Source of the DNA: a virus
Taxonomy: Duplodnaviria > Caudoviricetes
DNA length: 64,000 nt
IMG/VR virus record: IMGVR_UViG_3300032301_000859
Span: 1,306-65,305 of that record
Reading direction: 5' to 3' (one strand)
Position numbers and translations under genes: made by a program. Position 1 is the stretch's first letter; the number at the start of each line of letters is the position of its first letter. The notes under the pieces were generated by a model, which worked only from the letters and a program-made list of their open reading frames with translations, made no database searches and had not been told where the DNA came from. Positions 55,994 to 64,000 of the stretch are shown here, piece after piece.

Positions 55994-56749
55994 ATGCAAT
56001 CCATAAACAAACACAGTGTGGCCCTACTCATATTACAGCTAATAGCTCATGTGGCACTTGTGAGCATGTTGTTTTGGGCCACCTGGCCCTACTGGCTGCT
56101 CACATTTATGGGATATTTCCTCATGAGCTGTATAGGTGTGAGCATAGGTTATCACAGACTGTTTTCACATCGCAGCTTTACATCTCCACCATGGTTTGAA
56201 AAGCTGTGTGTGGGCGCAGGTAATCTGGCAGGCATAGGCAGCAGCATGAGTTGGGTGGCTGCACACAGAGCACATCACCATCACACAGATCAAAGTGATC
56301 AGGATCCACACTCACCTCACCATCATGCATGGTACAAGGTGATATGGTTCAGCATGTTTGCACCTGTGCATGTGCGTTATGTGAAAGACCTTATGCGTGA
56401 TCCCATGCATGTGTGGTGGCACAAGAATTACTTTTTGGTGCATGTGGCAGTGGGATTAATCTTGTGTGCGATAAGTCCTTGGGTGATGATCAGTTTATAT
56501 CTGGCACCTCAAGCCCTCACCTGGAGCATGGGTGGCATACTGAATTTGGTGCATCATACTTGGGGATCCAGGCCACATCATGTTCGGGATCGCAGCACCA
56601 ACCATTGGGTGTTTGGTGTGTTGTATTGGGGAGAAGGTTGGCACAACAATCACCATGCTGATCCCAAGAACTATCAATTTGGTCAACACTGGTGGCAGGT
56701 GGATGTGGGAGCTAAAATAATAAGTTGGGTGAATAAAGGATCCGGGTAA
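55994..56749 (+). CDS. Membrane fatty acid desaturase (delta-9-like)
   Basis: His boxes YHRLFSHRSF, HRAHH, GEGWHNNHH; DPHSP. Confidence 0.92.
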   Translation: MQSINKHSVALLILQLIAHVALVSMLFWATWPYWLLTFMGYFLMSCIGVSIGYHRLFSHRSFTSPPWFEKLCVGAGNLAGIGSSMSWVAAHRAHHHHTDQSDQDPHSPHHHAWYKVIWFSMFAPVHVRYVKDLMRDPMHVWWHKNYFLVHVAVGLILCAISPWVMISLYLAPQALTWSMGGILNLVHHTWGSRPHHVRDRSTNHWVFGVLYWGEGWHNNHHADPKNYQFGQHWWQVDVGAKIISWVNKGSG

Positions 56750-57012
56750 GACTAGCAAGAAGGGCATCCTTAATTTGGTGCGCGGCGGCGCAATCAGAGC
56801 CAGTCCCTGGAGAACATTCAACAAACATAGCGAGCTGAATGATGGCAAAGTAGATCAGCTCAAGGTGGTCTACAAGAACTGTGAACTGCGTGCGGATGAG
56901 ATCAGGGCTTTCAGTCTTCAATCATAATATATGCAGGGATGGAAGATTAAATCTCCCCATACTGTTACTTTCAGCGATGTTTTACCATTAATATGAGTAT
57001 TAAATATGGAGT

Positions 57013-58461
57013 ATGGACAGGATGAATCTAATTTTACTCTTGGTGGCATTATGCCTGAGCGGAGTGAGTGCATACTATAGTATCGTGGGTTTGGCAGCCA
57101 TCTTTGTGGCCAGTTTTTGGCCTGTGTTAATTTTGGCCACAGTACTGGAAGTGGGAAAGTTGGTGTTAGTGAGTTGGTTATACAATAACTGGCGATCCAC
57201 TCCATGGCCAATCAGAACTTATTTGGCTGGTGCTGTGCTGGTGCTCATGCTGATCACCAGTTTGGGTATATTTGGATTCCTGAGCAAGGCTCACAACCAG
57301 GATCAAGTGATCACGCAACAGTCAGAACTTCAGATCAATCAGGTCACCACTCAGCTGGAAATCAAACAGCAACAGCTTTCAGAAACCAGATCTGTATGGG
57401 AACAGCTTAACAGAAGCATCAATATTCAGCTGGATGCCAACCGTGCACAACAAGCCCTGGCCAACAGGCGCACACAACAAGCTGAACGGGAACGGTTGCA
57501 AACACGCATGCAAGAACTGCAAGCTGAAATTGTACAACTCAATCAACAACGTACTCAGATGCAATCCACACAAACTGTGCAAGATTCCAAGCTGGGGGCT
57601 GTTAGGTATGTGATTCAATTGTTTGACCCTGATGCAAACCCTCAGGACGCAATCAAATGGATAATTTTGGTTTTGGTGTTGGTGTGTGATCCATTAGCAG
57701 TACTCATGTTGATGGCTGCTAGCCAAAGCCTTAAGAAACCGGATGATGTAAATGACTCACAACAACCACGTGTGCACATGTCTTCCATGCTTAAATGGGA
57801 CCCTGCACAACACAAAATCATGGTGGCAGATGGTCAGGGCGCATGGCGTGAATGGTCACCCCCACCAGCCCATGTGGATGTTCCACACCCTGCACCACAA
57901 TCACAAGACGTTAGTAAATTGGTGGAAATGAGTGTGAGCGAACTGCTCAAACAGCGCCCTGCATTAGAGTTTGAAGAGTTCATGAACATGATTAATACCC
58001 AGTTACAGGGGAAGCCAGATCACATGGATCCTGAACAACTACAAAAGTTGATTGAGGCCACTTTGGAATCTTGGATGAACAAAACACTCACTGTGACATA
58101 TTCAGCAGATCAACAAGACATTGACAAAATTGTGGAAAAGGCTATTCCATACACTGTTCACAAGCAACAGGATTCAGATGCTGTAGCCGCTGGTGAGATT
58201 CCAATGGTTGTGCAACAACCAGCTATCGTACAGCCACTTGATCACATTTCACCACTAGTACCATCAAACACACAAACCCCTGAACCCATTATACCCAGGG
58301 ATTCAGCAACTACCCCACAGCAATCATCCATTCAACCAGAAGTTCCTCAATTAATTCCAGAGCCAAACACAGCGGATTCCACGGTTTCAGACAGACGCAC
58401 GTTTAATTATTTTGGTGAAAAACGCATGAGAGGTGGTAAAATGCGTATTCCTATCAAATAA
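57013..58461 (+). CDS. Membrane-anchored coiled-coil protein with Pro/Gln-rich tail
   Basis: SAYYSIVGL..IF..LEVGKL..SWL..W; DP.AV; hydrophobic helices. Confidence 0.75.
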   Translation: MDRMNLILLLVALCLSGVSAYYSIVGLAAIFVASFWPVLILATVLEVGKLVLVSWLYNNWRSTPWPIRTYLAGAVLVLMLITSLGIFGFLSKAHNQDQVITQQSELQINQVTTQLEIKQQQLSETRSVWEQLNRSINIQLDANRAQQALANRRTQQAERERLQTRMQELQAEIVQLNQQRTQMQSTQTVQDSKLGAVRYVIQLFDPDANPQDAIKWIILVLVLVCDPLAVLMLMAASQSLKKPDDVNDSQQPRVHMSSMLKWDPAQHKIMVADGQGAWREWSPPPAHVDVPHPAPQSQDVSKLVEMSVSELLKQRPALEFEEFMNMINTQLQGKPDHMDPEQLQKLIEATLESWMNKTLTVTYSADQQDIDKIVEKAIPYTVHKQQDSDAVAAGEIPMVVQQPAIVQPLDHISPLVPSNTQTPEPIIPRDSATTPQQSSIQPEVPQLIPEPNTADSTVSDRRTFNYFGEKRMRGGKMRIPIK

Positions 58462-58477
58462 TATCACTAAGTATTAT

Positions 58478-59002
58478 ATGAGCACATTAAAAGAACTCAC
58501 CTGGCACGCACATAAAAGAGCTGAAAAAACCAACATCATGAAGGAGTTATTGACAGACACCATCAGTGCCAGTCTGTATTGTGATTTGGTGTACACAAAG
58601 TATTTGATATATTCCACAATTGAACACAGGATTCAATTTGAGAATGCATGTGTGTACAGAGCTCAAGCTGCATTTAATGATTGGCAGAGGATGAAAGACA
58701 GCATGCCTAGATGCATGCCATGCTTGGATGCTTATGTGGACCATTTGGCATGTATTTCAGTGACTCAATTATGGGCTCATGTGTATGTGCATTACCTGGC
58801 TCCTCTGTATGGTGGGCAAATCATCAAGAAAAAGATTGAACACAGACTGCCTGTTTCGTTATATGAGTTTGAAGACCCTGTGAGTGCTATTGCAGAAATA
58901 AGAAGTCATCTCACACCAGATTTGGCCGCAGAGGCCAATATGGCTTTTGAAAGCACCATCACATACTATAACAACCTATGGGAACAACATCACACATCAT
59001 GA
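58478..59002 (+). CDS. ho1: Heme oxygenase
   Basis: LKE.T..H..AE; AH.YV.YL..L.GGQ.I; EAN.AF. Confidence 0.9.
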   Translation: MSTLKELTWHAHKRAEKTNIMKELLTDTISASLYCDLVYTKYLIYSTIEHRIQFENACVYRAQAAFNDWQRMKDSMPRCMPCLDAYVDHLACISVTQLWAHVYVHYLAPLYGGQIIKKKIEHRLPVSLYEFEDPVSAIAEIRSHLTPDLAAEANMAFESTITYYNNLWEQHHTS

Positions 59003-59628
59003 CCAGCTTTGTGGAATTGATCAGTCAGACAGCTGACAAATTTGAACACATTATCCAAACTCACTGTGACAATCTTAAGCTGATACCCACGGAGGACTTT
59101 GGTTGGCAGAACACCAGATGGAGTAGCAGTCAATTCCGAATGGCTCATGTGGAGCGATTCACACAACCCAAATTTAGTGTGCTGCACATGGTGATATTCC
59201 CACATGTCATGGACCCCAGTCCCATATTTGGTTTTGACATAATAGCAAGTGACACAAAGGCCACAGGTGTGTTTTTTGACAGAAGTCCCACACTTGAATG
59301 TTGGGGTCCCATCACAAACAAGACATTTACCCAAGAAAGAGTGCGCCCAGAATGGGGCACCATCTTTAGTGATCATTGGATAGCATGCAAGCCCACATAC
59401 ACAGAAGCTGAAGAAATATGTGCGCTGGCATGTGATACACTTGCAGATTATTTGGTCAGGCTGATCCAAACTCATTCTGCCCACCTGCATGATATTATTC
59501 AAGCGCAGAATAACTACTCTTTGAAGCAACGTGAAAACATCCACACTACAACCGTCATACGCAAGTTGTTAGGTGAAGAACGAGGTACTCATTTCATAAA
59601 TGAAATATTATTTCCTGTGATCAAATAA
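58999..59628 (+). CDS. Ferredoxin-dependent bilin reductase (PcyA/PcyX-like)
   Basis: R.AH.E, LH..IFP...PIFG.DI, F.D.SP, PEWG.IFS, Q..YS.KQ.EN..T..L; ATGA-coupled to ho1. Confidence 0.88.
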   Translation: MTSFVELISQTADKFEHIIQTHCDNLKLIPTEDFGWQNTRWSSSQFRMAHVERFTQPKFSVLHMVIFPHVMDPSPIFGFDIIASDTKATGVFFDRSPTLECWGPITNKTFTQERVRPEWGTIFSDHWIACKPTYTEAEEICALACDTLADYLVRLIQTHSAHLHDIIQAQNNYSLKQRENIHTTTVIRKLLGEERGTHFINEILFPVIK

Positions 59629-59632
59629 TTTA

Positions 59633-59660
59633 TTGACGCAAGTGAATTTAATGTTATTAT
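59633..59660 (+). promoter_or_regulatory. sigma70-type promoter, 16-bp spacer (sigma gene)
   Basis: TTGACG-16-TATTAT. Confidence 0.65.
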
Positions 59661-59700
59661 GCGTAATAACTTATGTTATACCTGAACTGGAAACAACCAC

Positions 59701-61092
59701 ATGAAGCCAACTGTCACAAGTGAACGCAATCGTGATCGCGATGCAACCAAAATCTATCTTAAGGAAGTCAGTCATACCCCTTTGCTAACACATGATCAAG
59801 AGAAACAGTTAAGTCAACAAATTGAACATGTGAAAACTGAGCAGATTTTGTGCATGCTGAGCTTGAAGGCATGTCGTGAACGCTTCACACAGGCTGTTGC
59901 GGATGCGCTTGCTGGCAAGCCTGAAATCATGTTGAGTGTGGATTCAGGCCAGCCATTGGATATCAAACTAAAAGATCAACTGACTCAACTGCATGCACTC
60001 ATCACACAGCAGACTGTGTCAGATCATGTCAAAGACCAAATTGCAGACTGTGTGCGAGAGCTTCCACTACAGTTGAAATTCATAGCAGAGCTGATTCAGA
60101 TTGTTCAGCCCATCATGCAACAGATTACTGCATGCCAAGGAGCTTTAATGCGCTTTGCAATCAGCCAAAACATCTCACGTGAACAGTTCCTGGCCAACTA
60201 TCAGAGTTTGACGCCTGCCCTGATCTGGCAACAGTTTGAGACCACTCATGCGGCACAGGTGAACACATTCAAACAGGAAATTGATAGAGTGAGTGAGCTC
60301 ATGGGTGTGAGTGCACAAGAACTACAAATAAAGCATGCCCATCTGCGTCAGCTACAGCGGCAGAAGGAAAAGATTGTGGAGCACATGCTCAAGAGCAACT
60401 TGCGCCTGGTGGTGAGTGTGGCCAAGCGATACATCAATGTGAGTTCCACTCCACTATTGGACTTGGTACAAGAAGGTAATATTGGCCTATTAAAGGCAAT
60501 TGAGAAGTTTAATTGGCGCATGGGTTTCCGATTTAGCACATATGCCACCTGGTGGATCAAGCAGTGTGTGCTCAAGGCTCTCAATGAGCAGCATCGCATT
60601 ATTAGAGTGCCCAGCCACATGACAGATTTGGTCAAGCGTGTGAGCCGTGCTCGCGATGAACACATCAAACAAGTGGGTTATGAACCTTCTCCGGAAGAGA
60701 TTGCAGTAATCTTGGAAGTGGATGTGAACACAGTAAACCGTGTGTGGACAGTGGCACAAGGCACCATCAGTCTGGAAACGCCCATTGGTTCAGAAGATGA
60801 TCAAAACTTGGGTCATGTGATTGAAGATCCCAATGGCATGAGAGCATTTGAACTGGTGAGTGAAGTGGATCAGGTGAACGCAGTTTGTGATGTGCTTTCA
60901 GAGCTCACACCCAAGGAAGAGCGTGTGATTCGCATGCGATTTGGCATTGGTATGGACCGTGAGTGCACCCTGGAGGATATTGGTCAGGTGTTTGGTGTCA
61001 CACGTGAGCGTGTGAGACAGATTGAGTTCAAGGCACTGCACAAACTTAAGCAGCCTGATCTGGCACGCAAGCTGCAAGAAGCCACAGAATGA
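59701..61092 (+). CDS. rpoD: RpoD-like sigma70 factor lacking region 1.1
   Basis: YLKE...PLLT..E; NLRLVVSVAK.Y; DLVQEGNIGL.KA.EKF; FSTYATWW; TLE.IG..F.VTRERVRQIE. Confidence 0.93.
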   Translation: MKPTVTSERNRDRDATKIYLKEVSHTPLLTHDQEKQLSQQIEHVKTEQILCMLSLKACRERFTQAVADALAGKPEIMLSVDSGQPLDIKLKDQLTQLHALITQQTVSDHVKDQIADCVRELPLQLKFIAELIQIVQPIMQQITACQGALMRFAISQNISREQFLANYQSLTPALIWQQFETTHAAQVNTFKQEIDRVSELMGVSAQELQIKHAHLRQLQRQKEKIVEHMLKSNLRLVVSVAKRYINVSSTPLLDLVQEGNIGLLKAIEKFNWRMGFRFSTYATWWIKQCVLKALNEQHRIIRVPSHMTDLVKRVSRARDEHIKQVGYEPSPEEIAVILEVDVNTVNRVWTVAQGTISLETPIGSEDDQNLGHVIEDPNGMRAFELVSEVDQVNAVCDVLSELTPKEERVIRMRFGIGMDRECTLEDIGQVFGVTRERVRQIEFKALHKLKQPDLARKLQEATE

Positions 61093-61122
61093 TTTGACAT
61101 TTGGATCAGACGCCCTGCAAGC

Positions 61123-61371
61123 TTGCAAAAAGCTAACCAGGGTGTCACCATGACAAAAAAGATTAGACCCCAGAATAAATGCGTGATCACATGCACAGAC
61201 ACCAACCAACGTGTGAAAGCCCAACTGATTCGAAAAACTGACATGGATCTGAGTGTTGAATTACCCACAGGCTATGTGATGAATTTGCAAAAAAAGGACA
61301 TCAAGCGTAAGATGTATGTGTGCCAGATAGGCACATGGGAATTCATTAGTGATGGTTGGTTGCAGGCTTAA
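61123..61371 (+). CDS. Hypothetical protein
   Basis: ~80-aa ORF. Confidence 0.6.
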   Translation: MQKANQGVTMTKKIRPQNKCVITCTDTNQRVKAQLIRKTDMDLSVELPTGYVMNLQKKDIKRKMYVCQIGTWEFISDGWLQA

Positions 61372-61709
61372 CCATACACAAATGCAGTGCCAGTAGCATT
61401 GAAGGCTGTGGCACCTTGCTCACTCTGCACATATAGTTGGTCTCCCACATTCACAAATATGTTACTCAGGATCACAGTTTGTCCAGCGGTTATGGGTGTG
61501 TCATACAACAAATATTGAGCATCTGATATCACATCTGCAGCAGGTTTAGCTAATAATCTGACCCTGTCTTGATATGTTTCATTGTTGGCCATGAACACAT
61601 TAACACATGCTGGATTATTCGCTGTTATGGTGATCAAGAGTGTGAGCACACCAGGTTCAGGCTGGATACTACCAAACAGATCAGGTTGTAGATCTAATGA
61701 ACCGCTCAT
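61368..61709 (-). CDS. Hypothetical (probably structural) protein
   Basis: Beta-rich; YLLYD..I....GD.LYV; coupled to the fibre gene. Confidence 0.65.
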   Translation of the reverse strand: MSGSLDLQPDLFGSIQPEPGVLTLLITITANNPACVNVFMANNETYQDRVRLLAKPAADVISDAQYLLYDTPITAGQTVILSNIFVNVGDQLYVQSEQGATAFNATGTAFVYG

Positions 61710-64000
61710 GGAGTGATGGATTTATTCATGAGTGTTTGTACTTGGGTGTTCAGTACTGTTAGTGTGTCTGTCAATGTTTGTATGTTGATGCCCATGTCTT
61801 TTAAAGTATCAATTTGTTTTTGTTGTTCTTGCATTGCAGCAACTAAATGCACAACAATCTTACCATAGTCAACACCTTGTGGTTTAATTGAACCGTCTTC
61901 ATTTACAGCGTCTTTTTTACCACTCACTGCGTTTGGTATAATCTCTTGTAATTCGTGCGCAATAAAACCTTGGCCATCAGTACCGTTTGCATTCCATTTA
62001 TATTTGGAAGGTTTCAAGGACTTAATTGTCTCTAGTGCATTAGTCATTGGTTGAATACTGTTTTTCAGACGATAATCTGAACTTGTGCCATAATTAGTGT
62101 ATAGACCATTTGTGTTTATAAATCCAACTTGACCATTTGAATTATTAAACACAATTTGGCTAACCTCACCGCCAGCGGCTTTTGAAAAAACGCTTGCTGA
62201 CTGGTTAGGAGCAAGTTGCACTGAATTTCCGGTATAGTTGTATATGTAATCATTATTAGTTCCTGCCCCTACTAACACGACGGCATCGGCTCGCACATTA
62301 GTAGAAGTATAAAATCCACCGGTAGCAGCCATCTGGCCATCTGAGGTAACATTCTTATTGAACACGACATTAGTGCCGTTCCATGTCATGTATACAGCAC
62401 CCAGAGCTTCCATGAAGTAGTATTGATTGGTATTTATCACAAAATTTGCTGCTCTAACTTGACCTGTGCAAATACCACCAGTCAAGGGTAATGCATATGA
62501 TGAATAGTTATCAGAGTGTATCAGTATACTGGATGCATTGATTCCTCCAGCACCAATGTCTAAATATGCACCTCTGAAGGGGTTGCCCCCATCAAATATA
62601 CGCAATTTGTTACCCACAGTGTCTATGATCACATTACCGATTAGAGTACTATTGGATGCTTTTGTGAGTGTGAGTTCTCCACCTTCTGAGCCACTTTGTG
62701 CTCTGATCGTCAAGTAGTTTGTGCGAACTTCTCCTGCCACATCCAACATGGATCCAGGTGTGGTGGTGCCAATACCCATTAATCCTGTTTCGGTAACTCT
62801 CAATCTCTCTGTGCCAGCAGTTGATAATGTGAATATGCCTGCAGTTCCAGAGCTTGATAGTCTCACATCATAATCTTCGGATGCGAGGTTTTTAAAGTCA
62901 ATGTATGCACCTGAGCTACGGATGATTTCCAGATTACCATCTGCGTTGATTTGAACACCTGATGTGGTGTCTGATGCCACAGTAGTGTTTATTGCAACAG
63001 CTTGGGTGCCCAATTTAAATATAGCTGTGCCTGCAGATGGTGTGTTTATAGATGCTGTACCACCGCCTGAAGTAAACACTGCTGTTTTACCAGTCAATTG
63101 GGTGGTAAACTCACTTTGTGTGTCAGATATTAGTACTCTACCCACAGTATTGGTGGCAATACCCACTTGATTTGCTGCAGGTGCAAAAAGTCCTGTTGCC
63201 ACTGGCAGCTGATATGTGGGTAATCCTGGTGTTGCTGCTGTGCTAAACGGTATGTTGCTTAGTCCACCACTGCCTGTGTAGCCCACGCTGCCAGTATATC
63301 CCAATAAGCCTCTGCTGCCTGCGTATCCCACTGAGCCCACACCTTGACTGCCTGTGTATCCCACATCGCCTGTGAACCCGGTGCCGCCTCTGCTACCAGT
63401 ATATCCCACACTGCCAGTGAATCCCACGCTGCCTGTGTAGCCCACACTGCCTGTAAATCCTGTTTCACCTCTGCTGCCTGTGAATCCCACACTGCCCGTA
63501 TAGCCTAAATCCCCTCTGCTGCCTGTGAATCCTGTATCACCTCTGCTGCCTGTATACCCCACGCTGCCCGTATAGCCTCTGCTGCCTGTGTAACCCACAG
63601 CAGCATAGCCTCCATCTATACCTCTGCTGCCTGTATAACCCACAGCAGCATACCCACCATCTAGGCCTTTGCTACCTGTATAACCCACAGCAGCATATGC
63701 ACCTGAGCTGCCTGTATAACCCACAGCAGCATACCCACCATCTAGGCCTTTGCTACCGGTGTATCCTGTGCCCCCTCTGCTACCTGTATAACCCACAGCA
63801 GCATATGCACCTGAGCTGCCTGTATAACCCACAGCAGCATACCCACCATCTAGGCCTTTGCTACCTGTGAATCCACGACCAGCATACCCACCATCTATTC
63901 CCTGACTACCTGTATAACCCACAGCAGCATACCCACCATCTAGGCCTTTGCTACCGGTGTATCCTGTGCCCCCTCTGCTACCTGTATAACCCACAGCAGC
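61706..64000 (-). CDS. Tail fibre with collagen-like GYTGS repeats and C-terminal S74 intramolecular chaperone (5' part beyond the window)
   Basis: SDYRLKNSI...L..I..LKP..Y.W..GFIAHEL....P.AV; frame open to base 64000. Confidence 0.88.
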   Translation of the reverse strand, partial: AAVGYTGSRGGTGYTGSKGLDGGYAAVGYTGSQGIDGGYAGRGFTGSKGLDGGYAAVGYTGSSGAYAAVGYTGSRGGTGYTGSKGLDGGYAAVGYTGSSGAYAAVGYTGSKGLDGGYAAVGYTGSRGIDGGYAAVGYTGSRGYTGSVGYTGSRGDTGFTGSRGDLGYTGSVGFTGSRGETGFTGSVGYTGSVGFTGSVGYTGSRGGTGFTGDVGYTGSQGVGSVGYAGSRGLLGYTGSVGYTGSGGLSNIPFSTAATPGLPTYQLPVATGLFAPAANQVGIATNTVGRVLISDTQSEFTTQLTGKTAVFTSGGGTASINTPSAGTAIFKLGTQAVAINTTVASDTTSGVQINADGNLEIIRSSGAYIDFKNLASEDYDVRLSSSGTAGIFTLSTAGTERLRVTETGLMGIGTTTPGSMLDVAGEVRTNYLTIRAQSGSEGGELTLTKASNSTLIGNVIIDTVGNKLRIFDGGNPFRGAYLDIGAGGINASSILIHSDNYSSYALPLTGGICTGQVRAANFVINTNQYYFMEALGAVYMTWNGTNVVFNKNVTSDGQMAATGGFYTSTNVRADAVVLVGAGTNNDYIYNYTGNSVQLAPNQSASVFSKAAGGEVSQIVFNNSNGQVGFINTNGLYTNYGTSSDYRLKNSIQPMTNALETIKSLKPSKYKWNANGTDGQGFIAHELQEIIPNAVSGKKDAVNEDGSIKPQGVDYGKIVVHLVAAMQEQQKQIDTLKDMGINIQTLTDTLTVLNTQVQTLMNKSITP
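63290..64000. repeat. Coding tandem repeats (18/27/36/45-bp units)
   Basis: Identical 45-mer cctgtataacccacagcagcatacccaccatctaggcctttgcta at 63630, 63711, 63819, 63909. Confidence 0.92.

Noticed and set aside
56712-56921. 69-aa minus-strand ORF after the desaturase
   Set aside because: Overlaps the desaturase 3' end and has no motif or clear SD; left uncalled
63290-64000. Possible CRISPR or other guide-RNA array
   Set aside because: Units are multiples of 3, lie in an open frame encoding GYTGS repeats, and have no unique spacers; no cas genes seen
1-64000. Stop-codon reassignment (alternative genetic code)
   Set aside because: Conserved genes are full length in code 11, and TAA, TAG and TGA all end genes at expected positions
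1-64000. tRNA genes
   Set aside because: No cloverleaf with a T-loop consensus found by eye in intergenic regions; tRNAscan-SE or ARAGORN would be decisive

Overview
A 64-kb slice of a large tailed dsDNA phage (jumbo or T4-like) genome. The host is probably an alphaproteobacterium; this is inferred from the class I LysRS, ROSE-like heat-shock leaders, the ho1-pcyX pair and the dnaK/rpoD type. The window is gene-dense and uses the standard code, and I saw no CRISPR array, tRNA or rRNA. It holds: (1) a split metallopeptidase/VWA pair followed by five tandem LRR-like paralogs; (2) many host-like translation and proteostasis genes (dnaK, hsp20, clpX, clpS, infC, rpsU, class I lysS, cca, an rpoD-like sigma, a PHP-less dnaE); (3) auxiliary metabolic genes (queD, speB, fatty acid desaturase, heme oxygenase, bilin reductase); (4) rIIA/rIIB, a lysis cassette and large mosaic tail-fibre genes; (5) two free-standing homing-type endonucleases. 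The least explained signals are non-coding. Two 350-450 nt hairpin-rich regions share a GGTAC..GG(A)CAACC core, and one of them lies back-to-back with a Vsr-like nuclease and its nuclease-deleted twin. There is also a pseudoknot leader on queD, a ~120-nt multi-helix RNA after rpsU, ROSE-like leaders on dnaK and hsp20, a TAAATA-N5-ATG leaderless late-gene grammar, sigma70-type promoters with a fixed 16-bp spacer, and strong CpG depletion. Several genes survive only as collapsed remnants (lpxC, clpP and others). All family calls come from motif recognition by eye; no database search or folding program was run.
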